A DNA stretch of 63,999 nucleotides, the filler included, from Basidiobolus ranarum (lineage: Eukaryota), in the NCBI GenBank assembly GCA_040143965.1. It is 7 parts of 7 records of this genome, joined end to end, with 100 filler letters (N's around TTAATTAATTAA, not from the genome) between each part and the next. Parts side by side here need not be neighbours in the genome. Positions count along the whole stretch, not along the records: positions 1 to 9,105 come from JASJQH010007747.1; positions 9,206 to 18,300 come from JASJQH010007748.1; 5 more parts are not named here. One strand, written 5' to 3'. The position numbers and the translations under genes are program-made. Below are positions 1 to 13,153 of this stretch, piece by piece. The first letter of the stretch is position 1; each line of letters begins with the position of its first letter. Under the pieces are notes generated by a model. It had not been told where the DNA came from. It saw only the letters and a program-made list of their open reading frames with translations, and did no database searches.

Positions 1-1285
1 AAGCAGATAACTTCAATAAAAAAATGACTAACCTGCTCATAATATTCAATCTCATGGATTACTCTTCCTAGTGATCGTGAGTTCTCCTTGAATATCTTGC
101 GTTGATTCTTCTCTAGTTTTGGTAACCTATCAATCAACGCATATATTCAGTCATGGAATCGATTTATTCTATCTCAGGTTTGTAGGTAAATTACTGCTTC
201 TGTAGCCAAATGCCCGAGGCTTTTTCCAACCACTTTTGAATTATCTCTTTAACAGCGGTGAGTGGAAGAGCACTGACCGAAGCAGAATCCGCTCTAGGCT
301 TTTTCGATATTTGTGAAGTAGTATCCGATTCATAATCAGAACCGCCGAAAGCCTTTAATACTTGATTAGTTTGGCGATTAAGCATGTCATGATTTCAGTG
401 CAATAGGCTACCGGAAGAACATCTTGATCAGAGATTTCCTTATATTCTGTTGACTCTTGTTAGTGAAGTGTGGCGTAAAATAGTTAATGTCGTATAGATG
501 GCCAGTACCTTCTTCCCATACACCAAATTCCCGAAATCTACGCTCGTTAACTAAATACAGTTTCATGAATTTCTAAGGTATGTTAACTTGAGGTCCACCA
601 GATATGGTGTGGAACAATTAAAACCTGCATAATACGATATTCTCCATGCAGCTTTCTTTCGCCTACAATGAACATTGGTAGGGATTCCCAGTGTAAGTAG
701 GCAATGTGACTATTCGTGAGGATATATCTTGGCCATACCTTTGCTTTGCTTCCATACAAAATTGATACTATCTACACTCTCAATGTAATTAGGAATCTTC
801 CGAATATCGTCAAAAGCACCAAAGCGTCTCTGAGTCTCAAATATACTATTTCTACTTAAAACACGCAAAGGTAAATATCTTTTGGCTTTGTGACATTTTT
901 CTTGCAAAGTGCTGCGCTTCTCTTGATTTTTAGATGGTAAATTGGGAGCTTGTAAAGGAATTCTTTTCCGCTTTTCGTTTATCGAAGGATGAGGAATATT
1001 GGAATTCATTGCTTCTTTCCCGGAACAGATATCTACAATCTCGGACTCATCATCAAAGACATCTAAACGCCGTATTAATGGCTTTTTATCCCGAACAAGA
1101 GGGATAAGAATGAAAGGAGTTCCCGTTGAAAGGAATGGCTCGTCCTCGTCCTCGTTTAGTGAGGAGAAGGTTACTTTGTAAGTAGGTGTTTGTCTTGTCA
1201 TGGAAATTGAAACTGAATTATGTGGGTCAAAAAGCTCTGGAAACTCCGCACCTTTTGCCAGCGTACAGTCAAGATATGGCGACAA
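1..1285 (-). CDS. Multi-exon hypothetical protein, partial (runs off the window start; 5' end uncertain)
   Basis: ORF 710-1285 plus further GT-AG-bounded exons read ...DQDVLP/AFGGSDYESDTTSQ...LPLTAVKEIIQKWLEKASGIWLQK/...LPKLEKNQRKIFKE. It loosely recalls an uncharacterised fungal family ('VLP.yG.S....D...W..k.LPKL'). Family identity is not established. Confidence 0.5.
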
Positions 1286-2769
1286 TTGACCAAGTTAAAT
1301 ACAAATGGACTGCTAATCAAACCAGTCGATGTATGTCTATCACCACTTTTTTTATAGAATCTACCAGCAACAACGTCTACACAAATACTAGATCTAACTT
1401 TCATCAACTACCATTTGATGACTGTATTGCACATAGGAACAAGGTTCCAAGTGCATTTCTGACGTCTCTGGTCAATACAATTAATGAAACAGATAAGAGC
1501 TAGACTCAGCATGTCATGGAGTTAACAGTTTGTGAAGTCTTAGTACTATAAGGTTCTCAAGGAATGACTTAACATAGATATGAGAGTTTAAGCTTGTTGG
1601 CTAATGGCCAGTCATACTACTTTCGAGTGGTTTCTCGGACATACCGCAGACTACATCCCTAGCCCTAGGGCTGACATTTCAAGTAATCTGGTTTGTTTGA
1701 AGGGTGATAGGAGCCTATGGTCGGAAAACAAGGATTCATCAAGTCACAAACTCTTGACACAGCTCAGATAATAATCATTAATCTCTCTGATAACTTATCC
1801 TTTTTGAATATGCCGATTAAAAGTCAGGAAACCCACCTACAATCTCAGCATCAAAACTTGTGGTCTTCTAGTTACTATGTGAGAATTTTTTGAATTCGTT
1901 TCTTATTCACCATGCAATGTGGCGAATTGATGAATACACAAATTATCTTAGGGAAGCTTTGCTCCCGAGTCTCAGCTTGATGAATAAAATAGTTGACCCC
2001 CAATTTAAACTTCAAAATTTGAGGGCTTTTGATAGCACTAGAATTCCTACCACCAAGCTAACTGTTATGCAGGTGTACAATAAAATACTATTGTCGTGAA
2101 CAGAAGACCGAAAGATCTATACAATGAGTTGCTTTGATTTGAAGTATGATGAATCCAGTTGTATATTTAGCACTCATCTCTTTCTTCGCTTTTGTCCTTG
2201 ATAACTTCACCAACCATCATGCTCTGGGAATGTCAGTGGTTTCTAACTTTCGCCACGTATGGTAATAATACAGTCTACAGTGGCACCTTCACTTTATTTA
2301 AAGAAATACTGCTTCTTATCCGTAATAGAAGCCCATATTAATCAAGCCTGCCTCATCTTCAATATTTAAATGAGATTCTTGCCTCGACTAATTTGTGACA
2401 AGCACCAGTAGCTTAAAGTTACGAGACCTTCATTCCATTGAAAAAAGAGCAACCACTCGAAAATTTAGGAAATCTCTAATACTTGATGGGCTTATGTTTG
2501 TACCGGAGCTATAAAAACTCACTTTGAACATAATAAGCATCCGATAAATCAGGATCAAATCTACCATAATGGATTAGGTTTAGATTATTTACAGTCATCT
2601 TTGATCCACTGTTAAATTACCCGAAAAAATCTATTTCAAGCGTGTATGAAAAAGAAAAAAAACGTCCGAGATTTCTTTTGCTATGGTTGATGAACATGTT
2701 GATTTCATGTCTATTGAATGTACAATCCTTTTTAATTTTCATTTTGTACCTTACTAGCCGTCATCACAA

Positions 2770-3731
2770 ATGGTAAAGGAGGTGGAGCCTTCGATTAACG
2801 AACGTAATTTCTTACTCCAAGCTTTAAGAGAGGGACATCGTATTGACGGTCGTGGACCTTATGATTTTCGTAGTTTAAAAATCTCACTTGGCCCTGAGCT
2901 TGGTCAAGCAGAAATTCAACTTGGTAGAACAAGGTACTCATCTCCAGATGACATTAGAGTAAATCTCCCTCGTTCTTTAAACAATGCTAATTTGTATTCT
3001 GATAAGGGTCTTAGCCAAAGTTTCTTGTGACGTTACTCGTCCATATCCAGATAAGCCAACTGAAGGCTTTTTAATCTTTAATACCGAACTTTCTCCTTTA
3101 GCGTCACCTGCTTTCGAAATTGGAAGGTAATTTGAATATTTATCCACTGTAAGGAGTCAATGCTCTCAGACTGACCTTTCCTAATTTCCCCCACAGACCT
3201 TCAGAAGAAGAGATCCTTATAAGTAGAATCATCGAGAAAGCTCTTCGTCGAAGCAGAGCCATTGATACAGAAGGTTTATGTATAGTTGCTGGAGAAAAGG
3301 TGTGGTCAATTCGGGTAGATATTCACTTTCTTGACCATGAAGGAAACTTGATTGACTGCGCATGCATTGCTGCTATATCAGCACTTTTACATTTCCGTAG
3401 ACCTGATGTGACTGTTGTTGGTGAAGATGTTACTATTCATCCCGTTGAAGAACGTAACCCTGTACCACTTAGCATACATCACATTCCAATCTGTATTACC
3501 TTTTCTTTCTTTGATAATGGGGAACTGTTGGTTGTAGATCCTAGCTTACTTGAAGAGCAACTTCGCACCGGAGATATGACCATTGCTATGAACGCTCATC
3601 GTGAGATTTGCACTTTGTCAAAGGCTGGGGGTATACCCCTGGAGCTAGAACAAATCTTCCGTTGCTCCAAGATTGCCGCTGTTAAAGTTCAAGAGATTAC
3701 CGAGCAGATTCAAAATGCTCTCAAATCATAA
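2770..3731 (+). CDS. RRP45: Exosome core RNase PH-like subunit Rrp45 (EXOSC9); exons ~2770-2933, 3007-3126, 3197-3731
   Basis: Motifs RIDGRGPYDFR, PYPDKPTEG, SRAIDTEGLCIVAGEKVWSIRVDIHFLDHEGNLIDC, LLHFRRPDVTV and PVPLSIHHIPICITF. Both introns are canonical GT-AG. Confidence 0.96.
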
Positions 3732-4643
3732 TTTATTGGAATATTGTTGTTACAATAGACTCTTTGATCCTTTATTTAGCTCATTCTTCTGATTAATTAC
3801 GTGTACGTGAATCATCTTCAAGCTATAATGAGTATGTTAATAAATTAGACATTATTGAGAAGTCAGTGAAAGAGAGATAAGAGTGCTCTAATGTCTATTA
3901 CTGGTCCCCTAACCCTAAGAACCTCATTGAATACTGTCGAAGCAGGAAGTACCATGCAAGAACAGACTTAACTTTGCAGTACTAGGGTTTAGAGCAGTAC
4001 ATATAGGTCACTTTTCCAAACCCGAACCAAGCGAAAGAGTGGTAAAATAGAGCTTACTCAGTCTCTACCATGTGGTAGTGGCGAGACTGACAAATAGACA
4101 AAAAAATGCCGCTCTGAAATTCATTGAACCTGTAAATATTCCAGCTTGGTATACATCTCAGTTGGATCATTAGGATATCACGAAAATCTCGACAAAGAAA
4201 CCAAATAAAAGCAATCTTGAGACGAAGATACCATTCAGCAAACTTTGAATACTGAACGAAAGACTGTCGATGCAGCGAGCAAAGAAGCATTCGCAAATGC
4301 CTGGGTACATCAACATGCACATAACATAGTTACTTCCAAAGTATATTTAAAACGCATCAAGGGAGTATAAATATTAGGAATAAAGAATAACAGATATTGG
4401 GTGTCTAACTTTTGCTGCAATACGTGTAATGATATATTCATCAAAATGGTAGTAAACAGATGTATGTCTAAAAACAAAAAAGCCGCAAGAAACACAAAGA
4501 CAGCGAGTACTCGATGTCGTTTACGTGCACTCATAAATTATATAATACATTCGGAAGTTTAAGAAATCTTTCGATATCATACAAGGTGTCAATCACTCCA
4601 TCTTCTCGACAAAATCAACGACCAACAGTGTAATGGAAAATTT

Positions 4644-7600
4644 CTATGTATTCGTCGTTGAGTCGTGCCGCGTCGTATAGTCTCGCGTCAGATCATCAAT
4701 GATCGTCCGTATCTGTGCTCTTTTCCCTTGAACCTCCTCTTTTTTAAACCAGGCTAACTTGTTATCGACACGGTTCTACAAAAGACAATTAGTGACTAGC
4801 AATTGTTACAGAATGTACATACTCTTACCGCAACAATGTCTAGATATTTGGAAGGGTTCGTCAAAAAAGTCTCCACATATTGCAATATGTATAATCCGCA
4901 GTCACAGTAGTTTGTTTGGCATGGAACCTACAATCAATCGAGTCAGAAGGTTCATGAAGAACAGGCAAAATAATGATACCAGCTTTGCGGAGCGGACCTT
5001 AGCATATACACCAACTGCCTTATTCTGAATATCCGTGTTTAGTTTTTCTTTAGCCTCGTTGATCAGGTAGGTATTCAAAGTTTTGAAAACTGTGTTGTGC
5101 CTGGCTCCAAGAGAATCAAAAATAACGATCCAAGGGCTAGATAGAATTTGCAAAGATATTAGAACACATAGATTCCGATTTGAGGGCTTAACAGAAGTCA
5201 GACCTTTGTGAGCCGTCTTCCCACTTTCTGTTACCGCCATTGGTACTTTTCCCACCAGTGGAAACATCATCAAGTTCAAGAATTTCTTCTACATTAGGGT
5301 CGCCAATCTCTTCAACTGAATTAGGTCCCCAAGATTTCCCAGCTTGCCTCTCAGGTGTTTTACAGGGTTGTTCCTTCTCGGACACAGGTTCAGTAGGAAG
5401 CAACAAGTAAGGATTGCAAACCAATGCAAGATACCAATGAAGGCTGGCAAAACAGAAAGTTAATAGAAAATTCCATTTCGAATGTCTTGGCTGTGACTCT
5501 TACTTCTCATTAATTGGGATGAATATGTAGTTTTTGCTGAATAGGTTGATTTTGGATGTCCACTTCTTAACTTTGTCATAAATATTCAGCGATTTGCTAT
5601 TAAAGGAGTAAGTGGCCGAAGGTTACGAGAATATATGAACGCTAAGAACTAACTTTGATTTATCCTTTTGAGTTAGACGTTTGTAGAAAAATGGATTGAA
5701 GAAGTGGACTTGCTCTGCCAAAGTTGGATTGGACTCGATAAGTTGATTCTGAAAATATCTACCAAGCGAGAAATGATAAGAGACTACTCGAGTGGTCGCT
5801 ATTTATCTGAGAAAGACTTACTTCAAATAAAATTCCACCAAGTTGTCGTTCAAAAACTCTCCATCCGAAAGTCGATACACATCATCGCCAGTAATTGTAA
5901 TAGAGTTCACTCCGGTAAAGGGATAGACAAACAAGCTAAATATACATTCAGAGATTAATCCTTTAGAGCCATAAAGTACAATAACATTGCGACATACTCT
6001 TGGGAAAGGGGCTTCGGTGAGCACTTGGTTTGTTTTGTGATACGAGTAGATCTTCTAGGAGTGCTAATTATAGATGTAAAAGAGCTTTAACTAAGTCTTA
6101 TTCGAGACCATCAATGAAATATTGAAAATTTACGTCTTGGAGTCGCTGGTCAACATTATCTCATCCTTTTTGTCGTTTTGAAGTTGATTAGTTTGGTCGG
6201 TCTCGACAATTTCGTTGCCTAAAGGTGTATGGTTCGAATCCTCTGGTTTGCTCTCGATACTCTCTGATTCTGGCTCAGTTTTCTCTTGAGTTAGTTTGCA
6301 TATGCCGTTGATAGCTTTTTGAGGAGAAATAAGTGCTTTTGGCTGATCGAGTGATACTTCTTTAATAAAAGAAGTCCATTGTTCACGCCTAAAAATTGGT
6401 TATTGTTAGGAGGGGTATTTTGACACGGGTATTTCAAATTTACGCATACTTTTGAATGAATATTTCGCATTCTGGCTGCACACAAACAACTAAACTCCTA
6501 CGTAACCTCGCAAATTGGCTATGCGAATCAAAAAAGCAGAGAATTCGCGTTTTCTTGTCTATATATGAATCTGTTTGTAGGGAGTTCGATCAGCTGCAAG
6601 ACCATATTATCCCTCAAAGTGGATGCACTTACCTGGGTTGTAGGAATCAAGAAATCTGTCGTTTTCGAGAGCATGCGTAGTTTTGAGCAGGAGTAGCTCA
6701 GGTTGGTTTTGGTCGTAGTACTGTATAGAATACATAAGCAGGTTGGACACGAATACACTGCGCACAGTTAAAAAATACCTCAAGTTTGAATATATCCCCT
6801 ATATTCATGGAACAGATTTCCTTTGAATCTGCTAGAAAATTCAAAGTTTGGTTACGATAGCTAATTTCAACTACTTGCTCGCGACCATCGCACTCATATG
6901 TTCCGATCTTCAGGAATTTCAATGGTAGTGTAAGGTGCCCACTAGCAACCCCTTGACTGGGTGACCCTTGTGGCGATGTCAGAATTGGCTCTTGGGAATC
7001 AACTTTAACCTAGTAATTAGAAACCAATAAGCCGTCAACATTGCAATGTGGAAATTGGATTTGTATTTATTGCTAACTCTAGATTCGGACTGTTCTATAG
7101 CGGGAATGCTTTTCTCTACTGGTGACTTCGACAATCTATTCCCTGGCACTTGAATGATATAAGCTTTCTTTGCTACCAGTTTGGAGGGAGTTTGTCCTGC
7201 TGCAACCAAAGTTCAGTAATACAAATCGATACCTATTCTATTGAATCTATGTGTTACCTGCTTCGTCAAATATATCAGACATTGCTCTCTTCGTTGGAGT
7301 AATAATCTTAAGAGAAGAGTATGAACAACAGATCGGTTAAAGTTGGAAATCAAACATCTTACTTGTTCTTTGATTCCCAATATCTCTTCAGACGATTGAA
7401 CTCTATCAGCTTTCATTGCAATCCTGTTGGATTCATCACTTTTGATGTTTTCGTTGATCTGTTTATCCGAATCGCATACGAGTTTATCGATAGTCCGCTT
7501 CGACCTGTTGGCCAATGGAGATACTTGAACTCTCTCTTCATCGCTTATAATGAGTATAGAATCATCACCTTACAGAATATCAGTAAGTGTTTGTCTTCGT

Positions 7601-8241
7601 GGCTTTAAGCATTTAAAGAATTGAAGTTAAAAACAATGATTACCACTCTTTTGATTAAAGTTAAGCCCTATAGGGGATAAAACCGGGCCAGAAGGCTCAT
7701 TGTCGTTAACTATCTTTTGTCTCTTTGTCGGGGTAGCAATAACCTATCAACAAGGGAAAGCCACAATAAATACAACTAAACAATGAAGCATTTCTCCCTT
7801 GTGTCTGAAGGACTCATGATGCCAGGTGTCAGATAAAGAATGCAAGTTTACCGGGGTAGGGGGTGGATTAGATGGTATCGCTATCGGTATTCCTCGTCTT
7901 TTGGGTGGACCTTTAGCCTTCAAGTGGCTCAATAAGCTTCTATCATCCCAATAAGTTAATATATGAATAGACGTGACAAACTCAGAAAAGTCCAAGGTAC
8001 CTTGTAAGGGGAGGTGTTTTGGTTTCATGTTTACGTGAATCTGGCCTCTGCCGTCGTTTACGATCCGATCTGTCTGGCAGCAGCGTCTACATAAATGTAG
8101 GAACCAACATGAGAAAAAATAAAGATGGTTTAATTCTCATAGAATCTTATGTAAAATAGCACCCCAACACAGAATCAACTAAAAAGAAAGTACTTTATAC
8201 TCAACCAGTTGAGTTCTATCGTCTTCGTCTTCTGTATCCAT
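4644..8241 (-). CDS. ULP2: Ulp2/SENP6-7-type SUMO protease (peptidase C48), many exons; start approximate
   Basis: LFVYPFTGVNSITITGDDVYRLSDGEFLNDNLVEFYLK, HFFNPFFYKRL and VKKWTSKINLFSKNYIFIPINE. Catalytic His (LHWYL), Asp (IFDSLG) and Gln/Cys (QTNYCDCGLYI) are present. Long low-complexity N-terminus; stop TAG at 4644-4646. Confidence 0.9.
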
Positions 8242-9105
8242 TTCTTTATTCTCTCTATGGAAAAGTATGTGATGAGCTAAAACCGGGTAAAAAATGAAGA
8301 AAGATCAATGTTTGCAGAAGAGAGGCTCACTCGACGAACTTCACTCTCTTTCAGTATCTATTGATATATTCATATTTCACTACCCGTATTAATAACTCGC
8401 TTAAATGGGCCAATAAATCAGTATCCTATTCTGAGCATATCTTGAAATATTTGCATCTCTTCATTGGATATCAAAGATAAGAAAAAAAAACCAATTTTAG
8501 TGATGATTTCTTGTCATAAAAAGGCGGTCACATCGTATTACGGAATAAACAATGATTTGGCTAAGCATGTTCAATTCATACCTGTTGGAATTGCATAGCC
8601 ATGGGAGGTGTCATATAGTGACTCCTTGCTGAACGAGATTGAGCTGCCGCTACCCTGATTCCATTGTACTTGATGACGAATACGTCTTGGCCTAATTTTG
8701 GGAGCATGGCCTTGCTCAGCGGTGCAACTGCATCCCCTTTGAGCTTAAATACATGCTCTTTGTTTGACATCAAAAGCGCTTGGATACGGCACCAATACTT
8801 GAAGTGCTGTGTAACGGCCACTCTCTATCGAAGCAACAAATCATGAGTCCACAGAGAACGCATCACATCGGAACTACTGCTCTAATTGGGAATAGCCTAT
8901 TATGGTGGGAAGAATCTGATTCTGATTCTAATGCTACCTTGGCTTTCAGTCTTGAGAATTCTCATGAACCTTTGTTTAGGCTTTGTGCCATTCTCCACTC
9001 TGAGATGCCACCTCACCTGTTGGAAATCAATCCTTATCAGATCTTTGGCATCTCTACTTCAATCTTGATATCAAATTGGCCTTACTATTGGTGGGCTGAT
9101 AATCA

Positions 9106-9205
9106 NNNNNNNNNNNNNNNNNNNNNNNNNNNNNNNNNNNNNNNNNNNNTTAATTAATTAANNNNNNNNNNNNNNNNNNNNNNNNNNNNNNNNNNNNNNN
9201 NNNNN
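9106..9205. other. Artificial contig spacer N44-TTAATTAATTAA-N44 (also at 18301-18400, 27491-27590, 36675-36774, 45853-45952, 55014-55113)
   Basis: Six identical 100-nt spacers containing a palindrome with stops in all six frames. The intervening segment lengths decrease monotonically. Confidence 0.97.
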
Positions 9206-9267
9206 TTAGGATCAAGTGATCGTTTTGTCCATTTCTCTGTAGGATTTCACTTGTATTTTTCATAAAG

Positions 9268-9797
9268 CATACTAGAAGTAAGGATATAAATATCAGATAT
9301 TGCTTTATTAGAGAGACTATGGAGAATAAGTTTATTAAACTGACTGATTATTCTATAGAAAACATGATTGTTGATATATTAACCAAACCATTAGCTAAAC
9401 AGAAATTGGAGAAATTTAAGCTTTCTTTGAGATTGGCTCCACTGACTATTTAGTTGGGGGAGAGTGTTGAAATTGGCATTGCCTAAGCACCTATATAGTC
9501 ATATATAGCTTAGTATTTAGTTATTCTGTATTTCACTAAGATATCACCTTAAGAGGAATATACTAAGAATATTAACACCAACTTATAAGTTTACAGATAT
9601 ATAGATTTTCAAACTTGTGCTAGAAGCCCCAGGCACATATTTCCAGGACCTTCCTTAACATATACTACATGTTAGTTTGCTTATAACTTGATAAGACTAC
9701 AAATGTCAACTTTCAATTCAATAAATCAAGAAGTGAAAAATACCAATTTGTCTAATTCTCCAAACCACTTCCAACAGGTTCACAAAATACTTAAACA
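9268..9797 (+). mobile_element. 3' end of a degenerate Ty1/copia retrotransposon: RNase H C-terminus (9268-9453), polypurine tract (9456-9464), 3' LTR (9465-9797)
   Basis: Reads HTRSKDINIRYCFIRE...ENMIVDILTKPLAKQKLEKFKLSLRL*, matching the copia consensus H.RtKHIdiRyHfiRe...m.ADilTKpL. GGGGGAGAG is directly followed by TGTTGAAA. The LTR is homologous to 39239-39497. Confidence 0.9.
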
Positions 9798-10140
9798 ATT
9801 GGTGCTTGTAAGCACAAGAACTATCACTTGTCAAATTTGCTTACTTCAAAATATGTTTTGACATCCATACATCAAACAAGTATAAGCATATTACAGAGAT
9901 GATTGCCAATATTTGGAGAGCTGGGATAACATAATAATAGACCAATTCAAAGATGACCAAGTTTCCAAATAAGAGATTTATTTTGTATCAATGTACCATA
10001 TTTGTGAGAAAACAACAGGAACACACTTGTACTTATGAATCAGAAAAAATCATATAGAAAAGATTTCTTTAAGATATATACGCATATACCAAATCATGTA
10101 TCAATATACATTAAATCGGTAACCAACACCATTATGTTGC

Positions 10141-11210
10141 TTATTGAGTTCCGGCTGGTTGTTGGCTGACAATAGATTGTCCATAGGAGATAACGCTGTC
10201 ACGAATAAATGTGTACGCCTTACCAACGACGGCAGGAATCTTTTGGTTAGCAGTAGGAGGAAGGAGGTGTTTGTCCAAGACTGCACGAACTTCAGCAAAG
10301 GTTTGACGAATATGAGGGGAAAGATGATAACGGATGCGAAGGAAGTTTGCATAGAAGAGTACACCAAAAGGAGAAAGTTGGAACCTGTTGCATATAAAAT
10401 AGACGTTTAGAACACTACACCGACATTAAGTAAAAAAAAAGCAATACTGACGTAATAACACCAAGAATCTGAAGACCCATAACTCCAATAACTTCGACTT
10501 TAGCAACATTCTTCATAGCAGCATCGTAATAAGTATCCTTGAAACGCTTAATAGCCTTGGCAAGATTGGCAGCGTGGGTGGCACCGGGAGAACGAGTGGC
10601 AGTATTCATATCAGGGAAAATGGTAGGAAGGAATGTAACGCGGGCAAAATCGATTACATGGAAAAGGGAATAAACGGCGAAAGGGACGATTGTAACTATA
10701 CAACATAACATGTCAATTGGGAAATTCTCAATATTCGAAATATATATCGATAAGGCTTACTGAAGAGGGGAGCGGAGACGTACCACAAGAAACCCATGAA
10801 TAAATAGTGAACGTTGTCATCCATAAAGATACGTTGTAAAAACGCGGTATTGAATTGGGGCATCTAATAAGAGTAATATATGTTGAGTCAAGTAAAGACG
10901 AAAGAATATGCCTGTCGAAAAAACTTACACCATAGGTTTTCCATACTGTGATGCCATAGCTAAGCAATACACCAATATACAATCTATAATACCAGCTTTG
11001 GGCAGAGGCGGCAGAACCAAAGATCTTGTTGAAGGAATAGAAGAAGAAACTGAGAGTAACAATACAGTGACCGATCCACCAAGCAAATCTAGGAGTCTAA
11101 AACAGAATTAGAAGATATCAATCGTAAGCTAACCCTATTCAGCTACTTACAAGGACCAAAGGCTTGAGGCGCTCAACCAGTGTTGTGGGAACTTGAGGTC
11201 TAGACGACAT
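10141..11210 (-). CDS. POM33: Pom33/Per33/Tts1 (TMEM33, UPF0121) ER and nuclear-pore membrane protein, multi-exon
   Basis: RFAWWIGHCIV, YYRLYIGVLLSYGITVWKTY, LMDDNVHYL, PFAVYSLFHV, YDAAMKNVAKVE and FLRIRYHLSPHIRQTF are typical TMEM33-family motifs. Confidence 0.85.
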
Positions 11211-11694
11211 ATTTTATTTAGCTAAGGTGGAAACCGAAGCAACAGGATAAGATGGGGAAGTAAAAAGTTAGGCTTTCAGGTGGATTTTATTCACTGACCG
11301 AAGTCGAACGTAATTTTAATGAGCATTTACCAAAAGCAGAGATCAATAGATTCAATTTCGACCAATGAACAACACAAAATAAGAGCTGAACATTGACCCG
11401 GTTGACGAAAGCAATCCGCAAAACAAATGTCATATGAATAGTTACAAAATCGCCAACCTAGAATTTAATGCACATCCACAGTAAAACGAAACAAAGTGGA
11501 ATTAGATGAGCGTAACGAGATAAGCGTAGCAAGCACCAGAATATTCCACAGCTATCGATTGGTCAAACTCTAAGTATATAGAACATCACTTATTACAGAT
11601 TTGATATCAGAATTTATTTGTAAGATGCAATTTGAAAATGGCCAAGAAAAGTATTTGTAGAAATGAGGTGTAAAGGAACATGTATAATAAATAT

Positions 11695-12529
11695 CTACTG
11701 AGATAATTCTACGTTCTTGGATAGTAGGCTCTTTTGAATGATTTCTTTGGCAACCTTGGCTCCCTACAAGACACCCCAAATTAGTGTGTGCATTCAAAAT
11801 AATATATCGCAAGACAACATACCTTCTCATGGAAAACGGCTGCAACTAAGGCGCTTACAGCTTTAGCGGATACGGTGTTCAAGCCAATCTTACTTTCCTT
11901 CTGGTTTGAGGCAGGTTTCCATCTCATGACTTCATCAATACCATTATCAAGGCCGAATTGAGTTAATGCGTCTTTACCGACATATTGCTCTAGAAGTTCT
12001 TCAAATTGTTGAGCGTTGATATCGGCATGATTTTCATATATATGCTGAGCAGCATACATATCCAGCACCTTGTTACCTATGCGAGAGAAGAATTAAAGTT
12101 AACAACACATACTACTGAATGCAAATTACTCCAGTGACTGATTCAACCATAAAAACAAATTTAGAACATACCGACAAATTCTAGGCGCTCATTAGTTGGT
12201 ACTCTGGCGTGGTCATATGATTTGTGAGTCAATGACTGTAGCAAAAGCTCAGTATTGGCAAGTTTAAGCCCGATTCTGTCGCTGAACTTCTTAAGCTGTG
12301 GAGAATCGGGAGTTAGTTCTTTTCCATAAATAGTTTTGCCATCCTCCTGAGACCAATGAGCAGGTGTCGTATGGAAAAGAGCAAAAGAAATTCTAGAAGC
12401 TAAATGAATAATAATAGAAATATATCTAAGTACAAATGAACATAGAAGGTGTAGTAATGGAGGTGTACCTTGAATTGAGTTATTCAGAGCAAAAGCACGA
12501 GAAGTTCCAGTACGAAGTAAAGCGTTCAT
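11695..12529 (-). CDS. MRPL15: Mitochondrial ribosomal protein with a degenerate RNase III domain (mL57/Mrpl15-like), about 4 exons
   Basis: N-terminal presequence, LLLQSLTHKSYDHARVPTNERLEFVG, VMRWKP and ALVAAVFHEKG. No C-terminal dsRBD, which favours mL57 over mL44 or a true RNase III. Confidence 0.72.
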
Positions 12530-13153
12530 TTTATGCCTTCAAAAATGTATGCTGTATGCAGATTATTTAGCAAGTCGTAGATTGTAGGATAGAACAATAA
12601 AGACCACCCACTCTAGTAGTTGGAGAATACAGCTTCACCTGGTCAAAAAAGTTTAGTACAGGAGATTTGTCTTGATTCAAAAACAAAAATTTTCGGACTA
12701 CCCGCAAATTTACATATATATTTGATCTGTCTGACATGTGGAGATGATTCTAGAATGAATATTTCTAGAATCTTTGTAAATCGATAGACACTTTCGTTAA
12801 TTGTAACATTTAATCCTGCAGCTTATTACAGTTAGAACTATTATTTTCTTGATATACTTTTACACCTAGATGACCTTTTCATATTGCCCTAATGACGGAA
12901 AGAAATTTCTGAGAGATGAATCGCATTGTAGTGTGTGTCATGTTGAGAGGTAATGGCTTTTTTGGCGTCTTTAATCCTCGCAATGAACTAATATTTCTCG
13001 TTATTTCCTATAAAATATTTGTTCAAAAGGGATACAACTATGGTATACTATGAGTCATTTGAGCTTTAAATATTTTTTATAATTAGACGATATCAATACT
13101 GAACTGTTATTACTCTTTGTTGAGAAACGTAGTTAAAACCTGGTCCTCTTTTT

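Noticed and set aside
6231-6241. tRNA T-loop-like GGTTCGAATCC
   Set aside because: It lies antisense within a Ulp2 coding exon, with no acceptor stem or D arm.
8576-9105. Short ORFs vaguely like gag or a transposase
   Set aside because: No diagnostic motifs. The copia remnant after the spacer belongs to another contig.
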